Shown one piece after another: positions 1 to 14,439 of a stretch of 64,000 nucleotides of DNA (positions are counted from its first letter, which is position 1; each line of letters starts with the position of its first letter). The notes below the pieces were generated by a model that had not been told where the DNA came from, made no database searches, and was given only the letters and a program-made list of their open reading frames with translations. The position numbers and the translations under genes were made by a program. Source of the DNA: Octopus vulgaris (taxonomy: Eukaryota); NCBI GenBank assembly GCA_951406725.2, contig OX597824.1, positions 62,992,001-63,056,000 of the forward strand. Reading direction: 5' to 3'.

Positions 1-515
1 GAGAGGGAACTAACACTAATTTATAACAGTATTGTTCTACAGAATAATAATAATTACTGTAGTATTCTTATATAAACAATTATTATATCACTTACTCATA
101 TCTCTTTTACCTAACTGCCATATGATATATTCAATGCTTTTATGGGACTTTTTCGCACGGCTACCAAACGAAAGTTGATCAATGAATTTGTACGTAATGG
201 GCAAGTGTTCTGAGTTACATACCTACTTTAATAACAAATTGTTTTATAACAACGGCCACAATAGTCAGAATTCATAACCCATCTCATTACGCTATATGCG
301 TTTGACAATTTAATCCGAAACCAGTTAAGTTTACTCTATATGTTAAAATGGAATAAAATTTTGATGAATTCAAATACAATCTCAGTGCATTTCATATATA
401 TGTGTGTTTGTGTGTGCGCGCGCCTGTGTGTATGTGTATATACATATACATAAATATCTATAAAGATATTCATGCATATATATACATATATATATGTATA
501 TTTATATGTGCGTGT

Positions 516-559
<44 letters not shown>

Positions 560-560
<1 letters not shown>

Positions 561-1490
561 ACAATATAGGGTGAAATTAATTAATTTGGAATAATTATTA
601 ATTACACCAAGTAGATTTCGGCATGTAAAAGCCTCATTCGAGGAAAATTTAAGTAATACTAAGCAATTAAGGGTTTAGCAACGAATTGCCTCACCACACA
701 CCGAATTTAGAAATAGCAGTCAAAGAGTTATAGCTATTCTTTCTACTAAAAGGGAGATCTCAGTAAAAACACAGGAAACCCATTCTCCCTTTACATAGAA
801 AATAACTGGAAGCGATATCTAAATGACTGCTTCAATATTTGACATGAAAGTATAAAGAGGCTTAAATAATTTCAAGCACTTCTAAATAGATATCACATTC
901 AATTTATTATGGGTTATAACCATCAACAGCTTCCCTTCCTCGACATCCTCATTAAAAAATCCAACAGAAAAATAGAAATAGACATATACTATACATGAGC
1001 TAAAGCATACACTCATCAGCAGGAATTACCCACCATCACTAATTCATAGACTTTTTAAACGTGCCCTAAACTCAACATCTACGAACACAGATATCCCAAT
1101 GTAAAGAAAGTATTACAACCAAATTTCCTATCATGCATATCCATACACAACCTCCCAAACAATAAAGCCTTCGACATCCTCCTCCAGAACATTTCTTTAC
1201 TGAAAAGGGACCGTAGAATGAATCAAATCTTCCAAACTCACACCATTATAAAGAGCAAAAGACTATCTAAGTGAATGAAAAGTCTTCTAACACAAGCCCA
1301 ACAACGACAGCAAAACATGTCGAAGACATAACTGTGGTATATGTGTCAACCTAATTGAAAAATCAGAGTTCTCCTCTAAATAGTGTCAATGTTTTACAGT
1401 GAAAGACAACTTCACATGTGCTTCGGAAAACCTGATATATGTGTTAATGTGTCGAGAGCAATATACTGGTCAAACTAAAATCAGTCTACA
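560..1490 (+). mobile_element. Degenerate Penelope-like retroelement fragment (RT C-terminus, linker, GIY-YIG start) with a probable inverted pseudo-LTR at 560-770
   Basis: Manual translation gives LPFLDILIKKSNRKIEIDIYY (~930-990) and NCGICVNLIEKSEF..VKDNFTCASENLIYVLMC..YTGQTKISL (~1330-1490), typical of PLE RT thumb and Zn/GIY-YIG; stops and frameshifts present; flanked by (TA)n/(TG)n. Confidence 0.75.
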
Positions 1491-2419
1491 TATGTGTGTG
1501 TGTATGTATGTATGCATATAAACCTATAATATACTATATACGCGTATATATGATATATGTATGTCAATGTTTGTTTTATGTTGTTATACACACAGATATA
1601 CATATAATTTTAATGAGGAAAAGGGAATGGAAATTCTCATTAAAACTGTTTCTCAAAATGGACATTTTAGTCCTTCTCATACAATGTTATGTAATGCTGG
1701 TTACAATATATTAAACTATATAACAATTTTATTGTCCATTCGCTTCCTCACATGTGACCTTTTGAAGACATCAGCGACTAAATGAATGATTTGGCAGGAG
1801 CTCATTTAAGCGTGTCACAATATGCAAATACACCGAATACCAATAGCTTTTACTTGATATCTCCCTTAGTTTTTCAGAGAATAATTGTTAATATTATGCA
1901 TAGAACTAAGTCAAAGTAATATTAAAATAAAGCCGGTTGGAATTTAACTTATACAATAATCCCTCGACTATTGGGGTGTTACATTCTAAACCCCCGCCCT
2001 CCCCCTGCTATAGGTGAAAATCAGCGAAGTAGAAACAGTACTGCGCTGTAATTTTCTGTCTTATTTTTATAATTTATATATATTTATTTTATTATAAATG
2101 AAAAACAACACCACGAACGCATCGACGTAAACTTAGATAATAAACCGCAATAGGCGAAGAATTACTGTTATTCGAGGTATTAAGTGTCAACCGACCATTA
2201 GCTATTTATTGACTTTTGTGGTGACGATAACAGTAAAATAAGATTCACCAAATAGTCTATGCTTTTAATTCACCAACCCTTTTCTCCTACAAGCCAATGG
2301 AAACCACTCACTCATCAGCATAAATGAATACATACACTAACAGCAATTAGCGTCCGTATACGCACACACATATGTAAATACGCGCACATATATGCGCATA
2401 TAGACATAGACATTATATT

Positions 2420-2490
<71 letters not shown>

Positions 2491-4175
2491 ACATGTAGAC
2501 ACTCCCATACACACACATATGTGCCGACATATTCATACACGCACAAATGCTACACACATATATGTGTGTATCCATACACGAATCTATACACGTACATACA
2601 GATATAGAAAAGCACATGCACGAATATGAACGAGCTATAACCACAATGTTATTTTTCAGCATACACACATGCAAACATAAGATATACACACGAACAAAAA
2701 TATGTAAACATGTACTCACCCATATACACAAAATATATTGTCAAATACGCACACACTGATTCAAACCTATACAACCACGCGCCTATATATGTATGTATGT
2801 ATGTATGTAGGTAAGTATGTATGTACGTATGTATGTATGCATGTATGCATGTATGTATGTATGTATGTGTGTATGTATGTATACACATACGTTTACATCT
2901 GAGACCCAGACCTCCACTTTTCTTTACTGGGGGAATCATGTATGGAAGTATAATCAGCCTTTTCTTCCGATTAGGATTTCTTTATTATCTTCTACTTTAT
3001 ACCTTGCTATATAACTTTACCTTAGTCTTCTATTCGCAATAGATTCTGTTTAGATCACAAATGTCTTAAATACCTTTTAGATTTTATCTTTCACTCAATT
3101 GTTTCAATAATACAATTTTTTTTTGTCATGTCATATTCAATATCATTATTTGTTTTTTTCTATGCAACACTTTTAACCAAGTCTACATCACAGACTTTAG
3201 CTTTCTTTCAGTTTGCTATTTCTTAATTCTTTCACTTTTCTCCTTATTAATGGTATCATATATATTATAATATATTCTTTTCACTCACTTTTACCTAATT
3301 TTATATATGTCATGTTTTATCTTTATATTGCTTAATTTCATTTTAAGTATCTTCTGTTAATAATTTCACTTTGCTTTTATTTTAAGATGTATCTTTATAG
3401 GCATCTTCTATAATCCATATTGTATAACTGATAAATTTTGCATGACAATCATTTTTTTCTATAACCATGATTTACTTTCAATTTAAAACCACTTAATTAT
3501 TTTACCTTTTATCGCTATTTATTGTATCTTTTATTTATATGATACCCCTTGCTATCAATTTTCCCTTATTCTGTGCTCCATATGTTTAAATATTAAATAA
3601 ACTGTGCACTATTTGATATTTCTTCAATATACCTTGTATTTTAATTTTTACTTTCTATTTAAATCTTATTTTTTTCTTTTAATATTTTAAGATATTGTCA
3701 GTAGTTTTCTTTAGTTTAAAGATATTATTATATGTTACTAAAAACTACGCTCAGCTTAAGTAGATTAACAGCTAGGTAAATAGAGAGATATTTGGTTAGC
3801 TGGATCGATGTAGTCTGTATACATAGTTCTATAAATAGATAGAAAAATAGGTAGATAGATAGATAGATTGATAGATAGATAGATAATTTAATAGGTAGTT
3901 AGTTTAATAGATAGATGCATGCGCGTGTAAGTACATGTATTATACCTTGGGATTAAATTATTTGTGTACACTAACACGAATTTCTACATTTAGTCTTAGG
4001 CATCCACTCTAATTTACTGGGTGTACATTTATTCGTGTAGATCTTTCTTTGTGTATTTATAAAAGCTTGTCAAAGAATTATTGTGCCTATAAACATAAAT
4101 CTCACTTATATTTAGTGAATAGAGTAATATATCTATCTATCTACATTTATATATATATACACTTGTGTGTATAGG

Positions 4176-4246
<71 letters not shown>

Positions 4247-4374
4247 GTATATATACATAAACTTATAAATAAGTATATAGATATATATTGATACCAATAT
4301 ATGCATTAGGTATCCATAGACGTAGAGTATGCAGACATACTGTACGTCTATGGAAACTTAAAGATATAGGTATA

Positions 4375-4426
<52 letters not shown>

Positions 4427-4612
4427 TATATGTATAAAGATTGCTACACTTAAATATATCTTGTTTGCCATTACAATATGAGGGTGGTTGCACACACATT
4501 TTCATCATATAGACATGCAAACTTAGGCATACATGTATACAACGTCATATTTATTTAAAGATTAACCACATGCTCAGCCGCATATACATACATACATACA
4601 TACATACATACA

Positions 4613-4983
<371 letters not shown>

Positions 4984-5358
4984 AACATATATCTCGTTTA
5001 TGTTTAGTGAATATAGTATAAACGTATGTGTCTATGTGTATATGAATTTGTGAGCCAATGTATGTGCATCAGTATGTATATATGTGTGTATACATGCGTG
5101 TATGTGTGTGTCGGTGTCTGTCTGTGTCTATATTTGTATAAATTTAAATTAAACCTACTTCAATGTAATTTTTTTCTTAACATTTTCGTAGACAATATAG
5201 ATTTCATGCCTTTGGAAAAGAAAATTGGGTTCCACTTGTGCCTGGATAAACCGTTGTATATCGCTTCTAATCTCTTTTCCTTCTCTACCTTAGTCCTTAT
5301 TAATGTGTGTCTCTCTATATAAATACGTATTTCTATATATTTATTTGTGTGTGTGCGT

Positions 5359-5403
<45 letters not shown>

Positions 5404-5851
5404 TGTGTGTTTGAAGGTGTGATTTAATATATATATGTAAATACCTGTTTTTGCACGTTGAAATAGAGCTGTGACGAATCGCATTGGTTTACGTCAATAA
5501 GTACGTAGTTTGCCTGTTCTATGAATAGACATCAGAAAAGAAATCCTAGGCTGGAATAAAATACAAAGGACAATATGACCGACAACTGTCTTAAGATCTA
5601 TGATCAAGTTTGGCTGCAATTCAATGACTGAAATCAATAAAATTGATAAAAGAAAATATAGAATTAAATGTTGTGATGCCAATTATCACACAGAATTATT
5701 TTGGTGCAATATTTGCCAAAACTAAACCAACAAATAATCTGATATTATATGAAATATATATAATGTGTTGAACTGAAAGATTATTATATAATATTTGAGG
5801 CCCATAACATTTTTCAAGGCCCGTAAAAAAAAGTGACTAAAATAGAAACAC

Positions 5852-5893
5852 GTTAACCTCAGTCTGACAATCGATTGTCAGCTTGAGGTTAGC
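5852..5893. repeat. Short imperfect palindrome (18/21 bp arms)
   Basis: gttaacctcagtctgacaatc|gattgtcagcttgaggttagc. Confidence 0.75.
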
Positions 5894-7823
5894 ATGCTTA
5901 AGGGTGGTTCCTCTAAAGGGAGTTGGAACCTCAAAGAGTACGCGAGGATCATCCGATGTTATGAAATTTGAACCAGAGAATGGGCTTCAGTCTACCAGTA
6001 TGACAGAGAAATAGTCCCTACGACAGGCTTTTCTAAAAGTTATGCCAGAAAATCTTTTATCGAATCAATTTCAGGTTACCACAGAAAAGGTTTATTTGAG
6101 GAGTTGAACGGTTGAATTCAAATTGAATCACGATAATTGCGAAGGAATATTTCGCAAGTTATGTAGGTGTCCTCAATTGCACATTACTGATTCAACCACA
6201 TTTTCTGAAGGGCGAAGTTTCAGTCTTTGTGTCCATCTTCGCCTCCTTGTTGTTACATAAACAATATTGCGTTGTAATTACACTGTAAATGATTTAGCTT
6301 ATATTTCTGTTATATTTGCATTTATATCTTCTACACTGTAATGCTCTCATTTTGCTCGACTACAGCAACTTCGCATTGAGAAGACACATCACCTGCACTA
6401 TGGATACATGATTAAAATGTCATAGGAAATAATTGCAAGATCGATGGTTCAAGCCGAGTCAGTCAGTGGGCGAACTAGAGACAGAGAAAGAACAGAATGC
6501 TTGGATATTATAATTGTCTTAGTTGTTCGTGCTTGGGAATCCAGCCGAAAAGTCAAATGATGGTTGCTTCTGAGTGAACCCCATGAAGAAGGTGGTTTAA
6601 GGTTCTACACTCATGTCCTTTGCTAGAACTCTGGGCGAAGACAAATGGATATACAAAGCAAGCAAATAATGCATGTGGTCATATTAGGTGAGGCACAATC
6701 AAACAGCCCCTCGTACTTTTAATATAAGAATGAATGCGCTTATTTGGTGGAGTATTGGCAATGATAGGGTGCATTTTAGTTATATATATTAATTAGATTG
6801 TTATATACTAAGTCTATATTATGCTTAGATTGAATCTTTTTTATTTCTCTCAAAACAGGTATATTGCAATCTCTGATATTATGAAACTAATACCACATCA
6901 TAAAATTACGACTAATTGATTAGTGGTTTCTCCAAAGTATATGTTGATGTCCTTACATAGACTGTCTAGAACAGCCGTCATTTAAAGTTTACAAAAATAG
7001 CAAACGGCAAAATTAAACACCAATGTAGTTCAAAAACAGTGGTATATAACTTTTAGTACCTTGTGTATTATACAGCTCTCATAACATACACCGTTGAGAA
7101 AGATATTTTCAGATTGATACTGTATAAGGAAGAGGAGTAATCATGCTAACAAGATGACCGTAAGCAGCAAAATGATCAGAGCAACTGAGTACTTTACAGC
7201 AAAATTAATAGTAGATTAGAATTGATCAAACTAATAATTGTATATTTTGGTGAGTTTGTGAGAATAAGGTAGTTCACTGAATGCCAAGAAAATGATAATT
7301 GTTTCGATTTTATTCCATGTCCCAAATCGACAACCACCACCCGAAATATATTGTGGACCTAAAGTGTTGGTCATTATTTTCTTCATCTCTCACTTATTTT
7401 CATGTGCGTAAATGTAATTATATATGCGCGTTTGTGTGTGTATGTATGTATGTATGTATGTATCTATGTGTCTATGTATGTATGTACGTATGTATATACG
7501 TTTTATATATATATATATATATATATGCATATTAATATTTCCTGCTATTGATTAAAATGATGAAATTACCAAACTCCAGCAAAATCAATACAGCCGCAAC
7601 AATAAAATATTCTAACTTGTTTTTGTTTTCATTTAAATTAATGAACATTAGTATTCATTAACCTAATCCCCCTTAGGGGAAATAGGTTAATGAGTAGCAA
7701 GTTTTCTCATCGCAAGCAAGTTCTGTGTAGCAAAATATTCAAGGGACAAATCCTAATCAATCATATGTATATCTGGTCCCTATGTGAAAACGTTCTAATG
7801 CTATTAGGTTCCGTTCTATTATA

Positions 7824-8938
7824 CCACTCAACAAGTATTTCGTTATGAGACTCTTTTTCCCTGATTTAAAGGTATTTTGATACATTGAATCCAAACTGGA
7901 ATCCATGTTTACCATTACGACCAGATTTCAAAATACCCTAAAACCTACTTTACGCTGTTTAAAATACACTGTTTACAATATGTTTTATGTATGTCGGAGA
8001 GAAAAGCCATGAGAAAATATTAGGTGATCATAGAATGGCCGCAGGGAACATTAGTTTCAAAGTCTCTTAATGTGGTTGTAGTTGAACCCGGAAAAATCAT
8101 CCAACCATCATACCATATCACACGTTTCATCATTTAAACAGTTTGTTAAAGCTCTGAATAAAGATGGACCATGATTTTCGCATATCTGCTGCATATTTCC
8201 CGGTCTGAACAGTGAAAAGATAAAAGCTTGAGTATTTAATGGGCCTCAAATCAGAAATGTTTTGAAAATGAATGGCATTGAAGCAGAAGTACCGAATTCA
8301 TTTGTAATAGTTGTAAATGACTTTCTGGGCAACAAGAAAGCAACCAACGCTGCTGAAGTACTCGACAGCACGTTGTTGAACTTTCAGAAGCTAGGAGTAT
8401 ATATGAAAGTAAAGCTACACTATCTCGACAGTCACCGTGATAAATTCATTGAAAATCTGGGCGACTCATATGACGTGCAGAGGGAACGTTTCAAACAGGC
8501 CATAAGATCAATAAAACAAAGAAATGAAGGCGGATAGGACTTGCATATGATAGCGGACCATTGATGGAACTTGGCCCATGGTATTCCTATGGTTCAGCAT
8601 TCGAGAAAATCAGCGAAAGTCAAGTTTGTGGAAAATTTAGCATAAACAAGGATATGTATTTTAAGATTTTTACTGTTGTTTAGTAGAATTTTAGAAAAAC
8701 ATTCTGGTTTTGGAGGAAAACTAATTTCTGTGTATGTTTGTATATTATGGCTTGTTTCTGATAAGTTGTTTTGTTGAAAAAAAAATGATGAATTTTATGG
8801 ATTCAATATCTTAAAATCTTGGTTAGATAGTAATAAGTGGATGTCATTTTCGGTTATTGTGTCAAAAAAATAGAAACAAAAATAAACTAGTTCAGGCCCA
8901 AATGTTTTGAACAGAGAAAAAATATATTGTTGGCCTCT
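7824..8938 (+). mobile_element. Degenerate DNA transposon, Chapaev3 (CMC)-like transposase C-terminal half
   Basis: Translation ~8075-8570: KQFVKALNKDG..FPGLNSEKIKA*VFNGPQIR..FLGNKKA..LGVYMKVKLHYLDSHRDKFIENLGDSYDVQRERFKQ..; resembles the PPLHIKLG/GPQIR/DEQGERFHQ transposase family; termini approximate; superfamily name from recall. Confidence 0.65.
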
Positions 8939-9275
8939 ATTATCTATGTAATGTCTTGTCGAAAGACATGAAGAAAATTACGCGACTAGACAAATATCTC
9001 ACCAACTAATCTCTACATCCATTATGCTGGAAAGACACATTAACTAATATGAAGTTAAATACTCAACAGCTGGTGTTCATATATGTGTGTATACAGAGAG
9101 AAAGATACACACACACACTAATACACCGACACACAAACAGACATACAGTTAGGTAGATAGACAGATAGATATATAGATGTGTGTATGTTTATATGCTTAG
9201 CCTTAAGTTTAATTTCGTATGCTGTTGGAAGAGATTTTCTTGACAGTGAATTTTGTATCAGTGTGTAGATATTAT

Positions 9276-9446
9276 TTTCTACTCTAGGCACAAAGCCCGA
9301 AAACTTAGAGGAGGGGCCAGTCGATTAGATCGACCCAGGCACGCAACAGGTACTTAATTTATTGACCCCGACATGATGAAAGGACAGGCGAAATGCTGCT
9401 AATCATTTCACCCGGTGTGCTAACGTTTCTGCCAGAATTCACCCCT
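9276..9446 (-). mobile_element. SINE fragment of the abundant family also at 38368
   Basis: Reverse complement of the cctttcatc-ggggtc-ataaattaagtacc core and ctggcagaaacgttagcac head. Confidence 0.75.
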
Positions 9447-10329
9447 CTTTAGTTCATGGAACACTTAAGACATCATCTTACCTCTTTCGTGGAGCCTGAA
9501 GCTGTCCCGTGGCCCTGATGATTTTGACATCTCCCTCCAATATATATTTTGTTTTTCTTAAAACAAAAACACGTTTATATGTGATTTTGTCACGAACAAA
9601 AGTTCCAACTCCTTTCCTGTCAATAATATATATACATAAAATGTGATACATATTTGCTACATTTCCGAATACCAGAAATTCTGATAGATCCCAGAATTCT
9701 ATAACAGAGAGTTATGCAATTTAAAGAATTTCGCAGTTTCACCAATTGTTATGTTTTTGCCAGTACAGACCAGTGCTTGGCTCCTTGGATACAGGTTAAA
9801 GATTTTAAAACATTTCTCGATTTACAGCACAATAAATTAAAAGTGTATACGCGTTACAAAATGCCATCAGCAGTTTACGAGTTATATTTTATAAAAGCCG
9901 TGTATTTGTATTATATTTAGTATGGATTACATTCCCAAAACAGAATTTATATGCAGTGCATTAAAAACAATGCGAAACTTATTATCACTTATGTAAATTT
10001 TGCCTGTATTTATAAATTATGAATATAAACACTAAAGACGAGGCGATAAAAACGCAAATATTGTATAGCAATAATAATGTTTATTGTAATGAGGATGTTC
10101 CAATTTCTGGAGTAAGAAGTGCAATAACTAGAATTCTAATCATTGAATATAAGCAACATATCTCTTTATAAATTGACAATAAAAATATTTTATTCATATA
10201 TATATTCCATTTTCTATAAGCGTAAATTGGTGAAGAAAATATACATAACAATATAAGTATGAAAACGTGAAATGTGACATTTAGTGTTTCTTGGTGCTGG
10301 TTATTCTCCACCAACACCATAATCTGCTA

Positions 10330-10660
10330 CCTCTCCCCGTTTTTAATTGTGTTCATAACAGAGAAACCATTTGCATAAGGGAAAGAAGGGAATGTTTCAT
10401 GCACTTGCATTGAGATGATGACGTATTGCTGCCAAAAAGACAACCAGAATGATGCTATATCTGTTCAAGTATGCTGTAGTTTCAGACGTCTGTCATATCT
10501 TATTTCCGTCAACACAACATTTAAAGCGAAATTTTCATGACTCTCACTCATTTCACACAAATGGATTTCTCACGCAAATCCAGGAAGATAATTCATGTGA
10601 CAGAAAAATAAATTTCAATATTTCTACTCTGCGGTGAAAAATTTTGCGCAACCGATTTGC
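10330..10660 (-). mobile_element. hAT (Buster/Charlie-like) transposase C-terminal dimerisation-domain remnant
   Basis: Minus translation: SWICVRNPF...EIRYDRRLKLQHT*TDIASFWLSFWQQYVIIS...GFSVMNTIK, matching WIRNPF / FW..Y / GFS....K of hAT C-termini. Confidence 0.6.
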
Positions 10661-10804
10661 CAAGATGTTCGTTCATTTAAGCTAGATTTTGTCAGCTCGA
10701 AGATGCTAACATTGCTCTCACTGTAAATCCCTACTCTTCATGTTGTTAATGCTTTCTAAAAATAGTGTTAATCCTTTTAGTAAAAGTGTTTTCATTATTT
10801 CTCT

Positions 10805-11125
10805 TCGCTGGCACAATCGTTAGCACGCTAAGTGAAATGCTTTGATGTATTTCGTCGAGGTCGACTTTGCCTTTCATCATTTCGGGGTTGATTAAATAAG
10901 TACCAGTTACGTACTGGGGTCGATATAATCGATTTAATCCGTTTGTCCTCTCTGTGTTTAGCCGCTTGTGGGTAGTAAAAAAAAGGTATTTCGTCTGCGC
11001 TACGTTCTGAGTTCAAATTCCGCGGCCGATAAATTAAGTACGAGTGAAACACTGGGGTCGATGTAATCGACTAGTCCCCTCCCACAAAATTTGAGGCCAT
11101 GTACCTCCAGTAGAAAGGATTATTT
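10805..11125 (+). mobile_element. Two tandem SINE fragments
   Basis: ctggcacaatcgttagcacg...gtcgactttgcctttcatc..ggggt.gat.aaataagtaccag; second partial copy from ~10985. Confidence 0.8.
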
Positions 11126-12233
11126 CTTCGCATGCTATTGTAAAATAGTTGACAAATATCATCTTACTATAACAATCTTAATTTCTGTACAATAGTATCA
11201 CTATGTATGAAATACCTTCGTTAAATGTCATGAGAACAATATCATCCATTTGAATATTTTATGTGTATGTGTGTACATGTAGGAAATGCCTATCTTAAAG
11301 GCCAGGAATTTCTTATTTACTCCAAATGTTACTAATATTTTTTTCTAAACTAAATGTTCATATTGAGTTTCTCCCAATATTGGGACTCTTGGGTGAGTGG
11401 TGTGCAGAGAAAGTTCATAAAGCCAGTATTCATTTGAGTTTGTTCCATCAAATAGTTCCCTAGATGAGGAAAGAACACATATTCTACTGATATTGGAGGG
11501 TCTTTTTTTACTCAATGAGGAGAAACAAGGTTGCTTCCTAATATAGAAGGGTCTGTCGTTTGACTTCTGAAAATCTCAGGTATTACGTCACTCTATGTTC
11601 AGTGACAGATGTATAAAGTAATATTATATAGCTAAAATAATTCTCAACCCTAGGTCGTTTTAAGTATATAGTCTCTGAACCTGCTTGATATAACTAATCT
11701 GAGTCACTGTACAAGCAAATGTAATAAAACATTTTCCTTTTATGCTGGTTAAGTACGTATAGATCGACTAGATTAGATATACCATCGCTGTCATTAAAGC
11801 CCAGTGAGACTTTGAAAGACCATCATTTTCTACGTCTTCTCAACTCGGTGCAACTCTTAAATAACGACTGAAGTTTTAAATGAATGCATAAACATCGCAG
11901 TTTCACCACTGTCAATTTTATGGTGAAATATATATTGCCTTAATCAGCAAGGACAAGGAATATGAGTTCAGAAGAAAGAAGTGTCCAAGACAAGCTGTAA
12001 CCTAATTTCCAATATTTCAAATGTAACTGATATAGCTTCACAAATGTGTTACTATATATTAGCAATAGTGAAACTCAGTAAATCGCCAAATCTCACTGGT
12101 TATATCACATTTTGCTTTCCTATTAAAGGTTTTCCATCAATCAGGGAACACCCAGCAAGCATACTTTTGAATTTCTCACAAATTATATATTCTACACTTA
12201 TTTGTTGGCATTTATATTTCTGAAATTAAAGGC

Positions 12234-12280
12234 AAAAAAAATTATTGCTGCATGAATATCATGCAGCAATAATTTTTTTT
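12234..12280. repeat. Perfect hairpin, 22-bp arms, 3-nt loop
   Basis: aaaaaaaattattgctgcatga-ata-tcatgcagcaataatttttttt. Confidence 0.85.
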
Positions 12281-12515
12281 TTGTATTTTGTACGCATTAC
12301 GCAGACTACGAAAAGTTGATATCATTCACCAAAATATTGTGCAAGACATTTTCAAACACGACAAAGAAACGAATCATGTTGACCAAATGTTATATCCAAA
12401 CATACATTTGAATATATTTTTAAATATATGTGGGTGCGTTGTACGTGTGTGCGTGTGCGTGCGTATGTGAGTATGTATGCAGCTGTGTAATCTTAGTGTC
12501 TGTGTCTCTCAACTC

Positions 12516-12990
12516 TTAATGCTTGATAACCGGTATTGGGTAGTTTATGTACGAATCACGTTGTGATATTGTTGTTTGGCCAACATAATTATTACCACAC
12601 CTTAAGCATGTAATGGCATACATTACACGTGAAGAACCACTCCGCCGAAGAACCACTCTCCACAAAGAACAAATCCACCACCCACAATACAGACAGATAC
12701 AGGTTAGGGAACACATAGAAAGATATGCTAGGAATCTTAATCCTAATTTCCTAAATTTCCCCTTCTCTCAATGTTCACAGAACACCTCAGTACAACGAAG
12801 AATGAATAAAGAGGCACCTTTCATCAATAAATATTTTCACAAGTCAATATGAACACAAAACATAATACAGAGCACTGCTAACCATTCAAGAAATACCACT
12901 AACCCCCATACATCCCATACACCATTCACATTACAGATCTATATCTACCCTAATTACACTAAATCCAGAACTACTTACCTCCCTTGCACA
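12516..12990. mobile_element. PLE GIY-YIG endonuclease remnant split by an inversion
   Basis: Minus 12620->12540: VMYAITCLRCGNNYVGQT (GIY-YIG N-half); plus 12635-12852: LRRRTTLHKEQIHHPQYRQIQVREHIE..FPF..RRMNKEAPFINKY (C-half). Confidence 0.7.
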
Positions 12991-13009
12991 TAATCGTTTT
13001 ACTCAGGGA

Positions 13010-13602
13010 CTGAAATCTCTGTTTGTGTCCATGGGTTGAGCGGTGACGAGCAAGCGAACCAGCGGAGATTGTGTCTCGTTGATTGTTTTGTTGTCACTTA
13101 AAGCATACGGAACCCATGCTCCATACTTCTGAACCTTTCCCATCGAGTGAAGATGCTTCTCTATAGCAGTGTGGGAGCATTCCCTTTTCTCTGCAAGTTC
13201 CCTTGTCGTTTAACGAGAATTTTCGTACAAAAGTTGGTATAATCACTCTTCATCCTACTCAACTGGATGGCCAGAACGCGGTGCGTATTTGAGGTCAAAA
13301 TTTCCACACTTTTGAACTTGTCATACCAATCACGAGCGGTTATTTCAGCCATAGCACACTCTCCATACTCAGCACAAATGTTCAGCCTCAGAACCTTGAT
13401 TAAAAGGAAACAGAAGGCGGTATCGAAAATGCTCATTTTTCTTAAGTTGACATGCCATTTTAATGATCTGTGAATAAACAAAAATTAACTAAAATTAACT
13501 AGAAAAGAAGCCAAAATAAATTCCACACTGATCCAAATGTAAAATCGCAATAAATTCCAAAATTAAAAAAAAAATGAGGTAACTTATTTGCCAACACAAT
13601 AT
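13010..13602 (-). mobile_element. Mariner (Tc1/mariner) transposon 5' half with TIR
   Basis: TIR-like tattgtgttggcaaataagt (rc of ~13582-13601); minus translation EHFRYRLLF..GNFDLKYAPRSGHP..TTRELAEK..HLHSMGKVQKYGAWVPYALS (HTH plus WVPxxL motif). Confidence 0.85.
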
Positions 13603-14439
13603 ATAGACAATGAAAACAGAAGTCTTAACCAAGACTTGATATCCGTAGGATTACGAACGTTACGCAGTCTTAATCAATTAATAACAATTTCAGTGCATAA
13701 TAAATCATTTTGCATACCTGCACACATAATCATGCTCTACTTTACGCGGTACAGTTGTACAAATACAAATAAATGCAGATATAGAAGGCTAGCTCTTCAG
13801 ATCGCCAGATCGTAGTGGTTACACCAATGATTCAACAAACAGAGTTATCTTATATACATATATATTGTATGTAACACCGTTAATGGAAAAAATTAGATTG
13901 ATATTCCCATTAAAGAATAAATGTAAATATTAAATACATTTGTATCTTATGAATTAAGATGTAAGTTTTGGATCTAGCCCACTCTTAATGTAAAGACAGG
14001 AACAGGAAATATATATAAGCACAAAGTAATAATATACATGAGTTCAGTTGGGAACAGACAGCTGGGAATATGTAAATTAAACCAAGTTATGATTTTGAAC
14101 CACAGTTATTTTCAAAGTGGTTTAAAGGGCAAACTGCATTGAAATCAACACACCCAGCTAAGAGGCAGACACCTATAAGCATTAACATACTAAATATAAA
14201 AAATTTAATAAGCTAAAAATACACAACCACACCCATATAACTGTATATGCATATTTCTATTAATATACATACATGCCATACAGAGACGGTGGTACACACT
14301 CAAACATATGTATATATACATAAGTATAAGTCATACTATACAACTGAATACAGAGATAACACATACCTATACACAATAACAAAATGCACATTCGCGTAAG
14401 TGTATGATCAGAAATCTATACATAAGTATCTGTAGAGAC

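Noticed and set aside
2940-3740. T-skewed AT-rich tract as NUMT or viral insert
   Set aside because: No open frame or recognisable mitochondrial or viral motif; probably an old A-rich retroelement on the minus strand but unassignable
12234-12280. Bidirectional rho-independent terminator
   Set aside because: No bacterial genes nearby; the sequence is animal repeat-rich DNA
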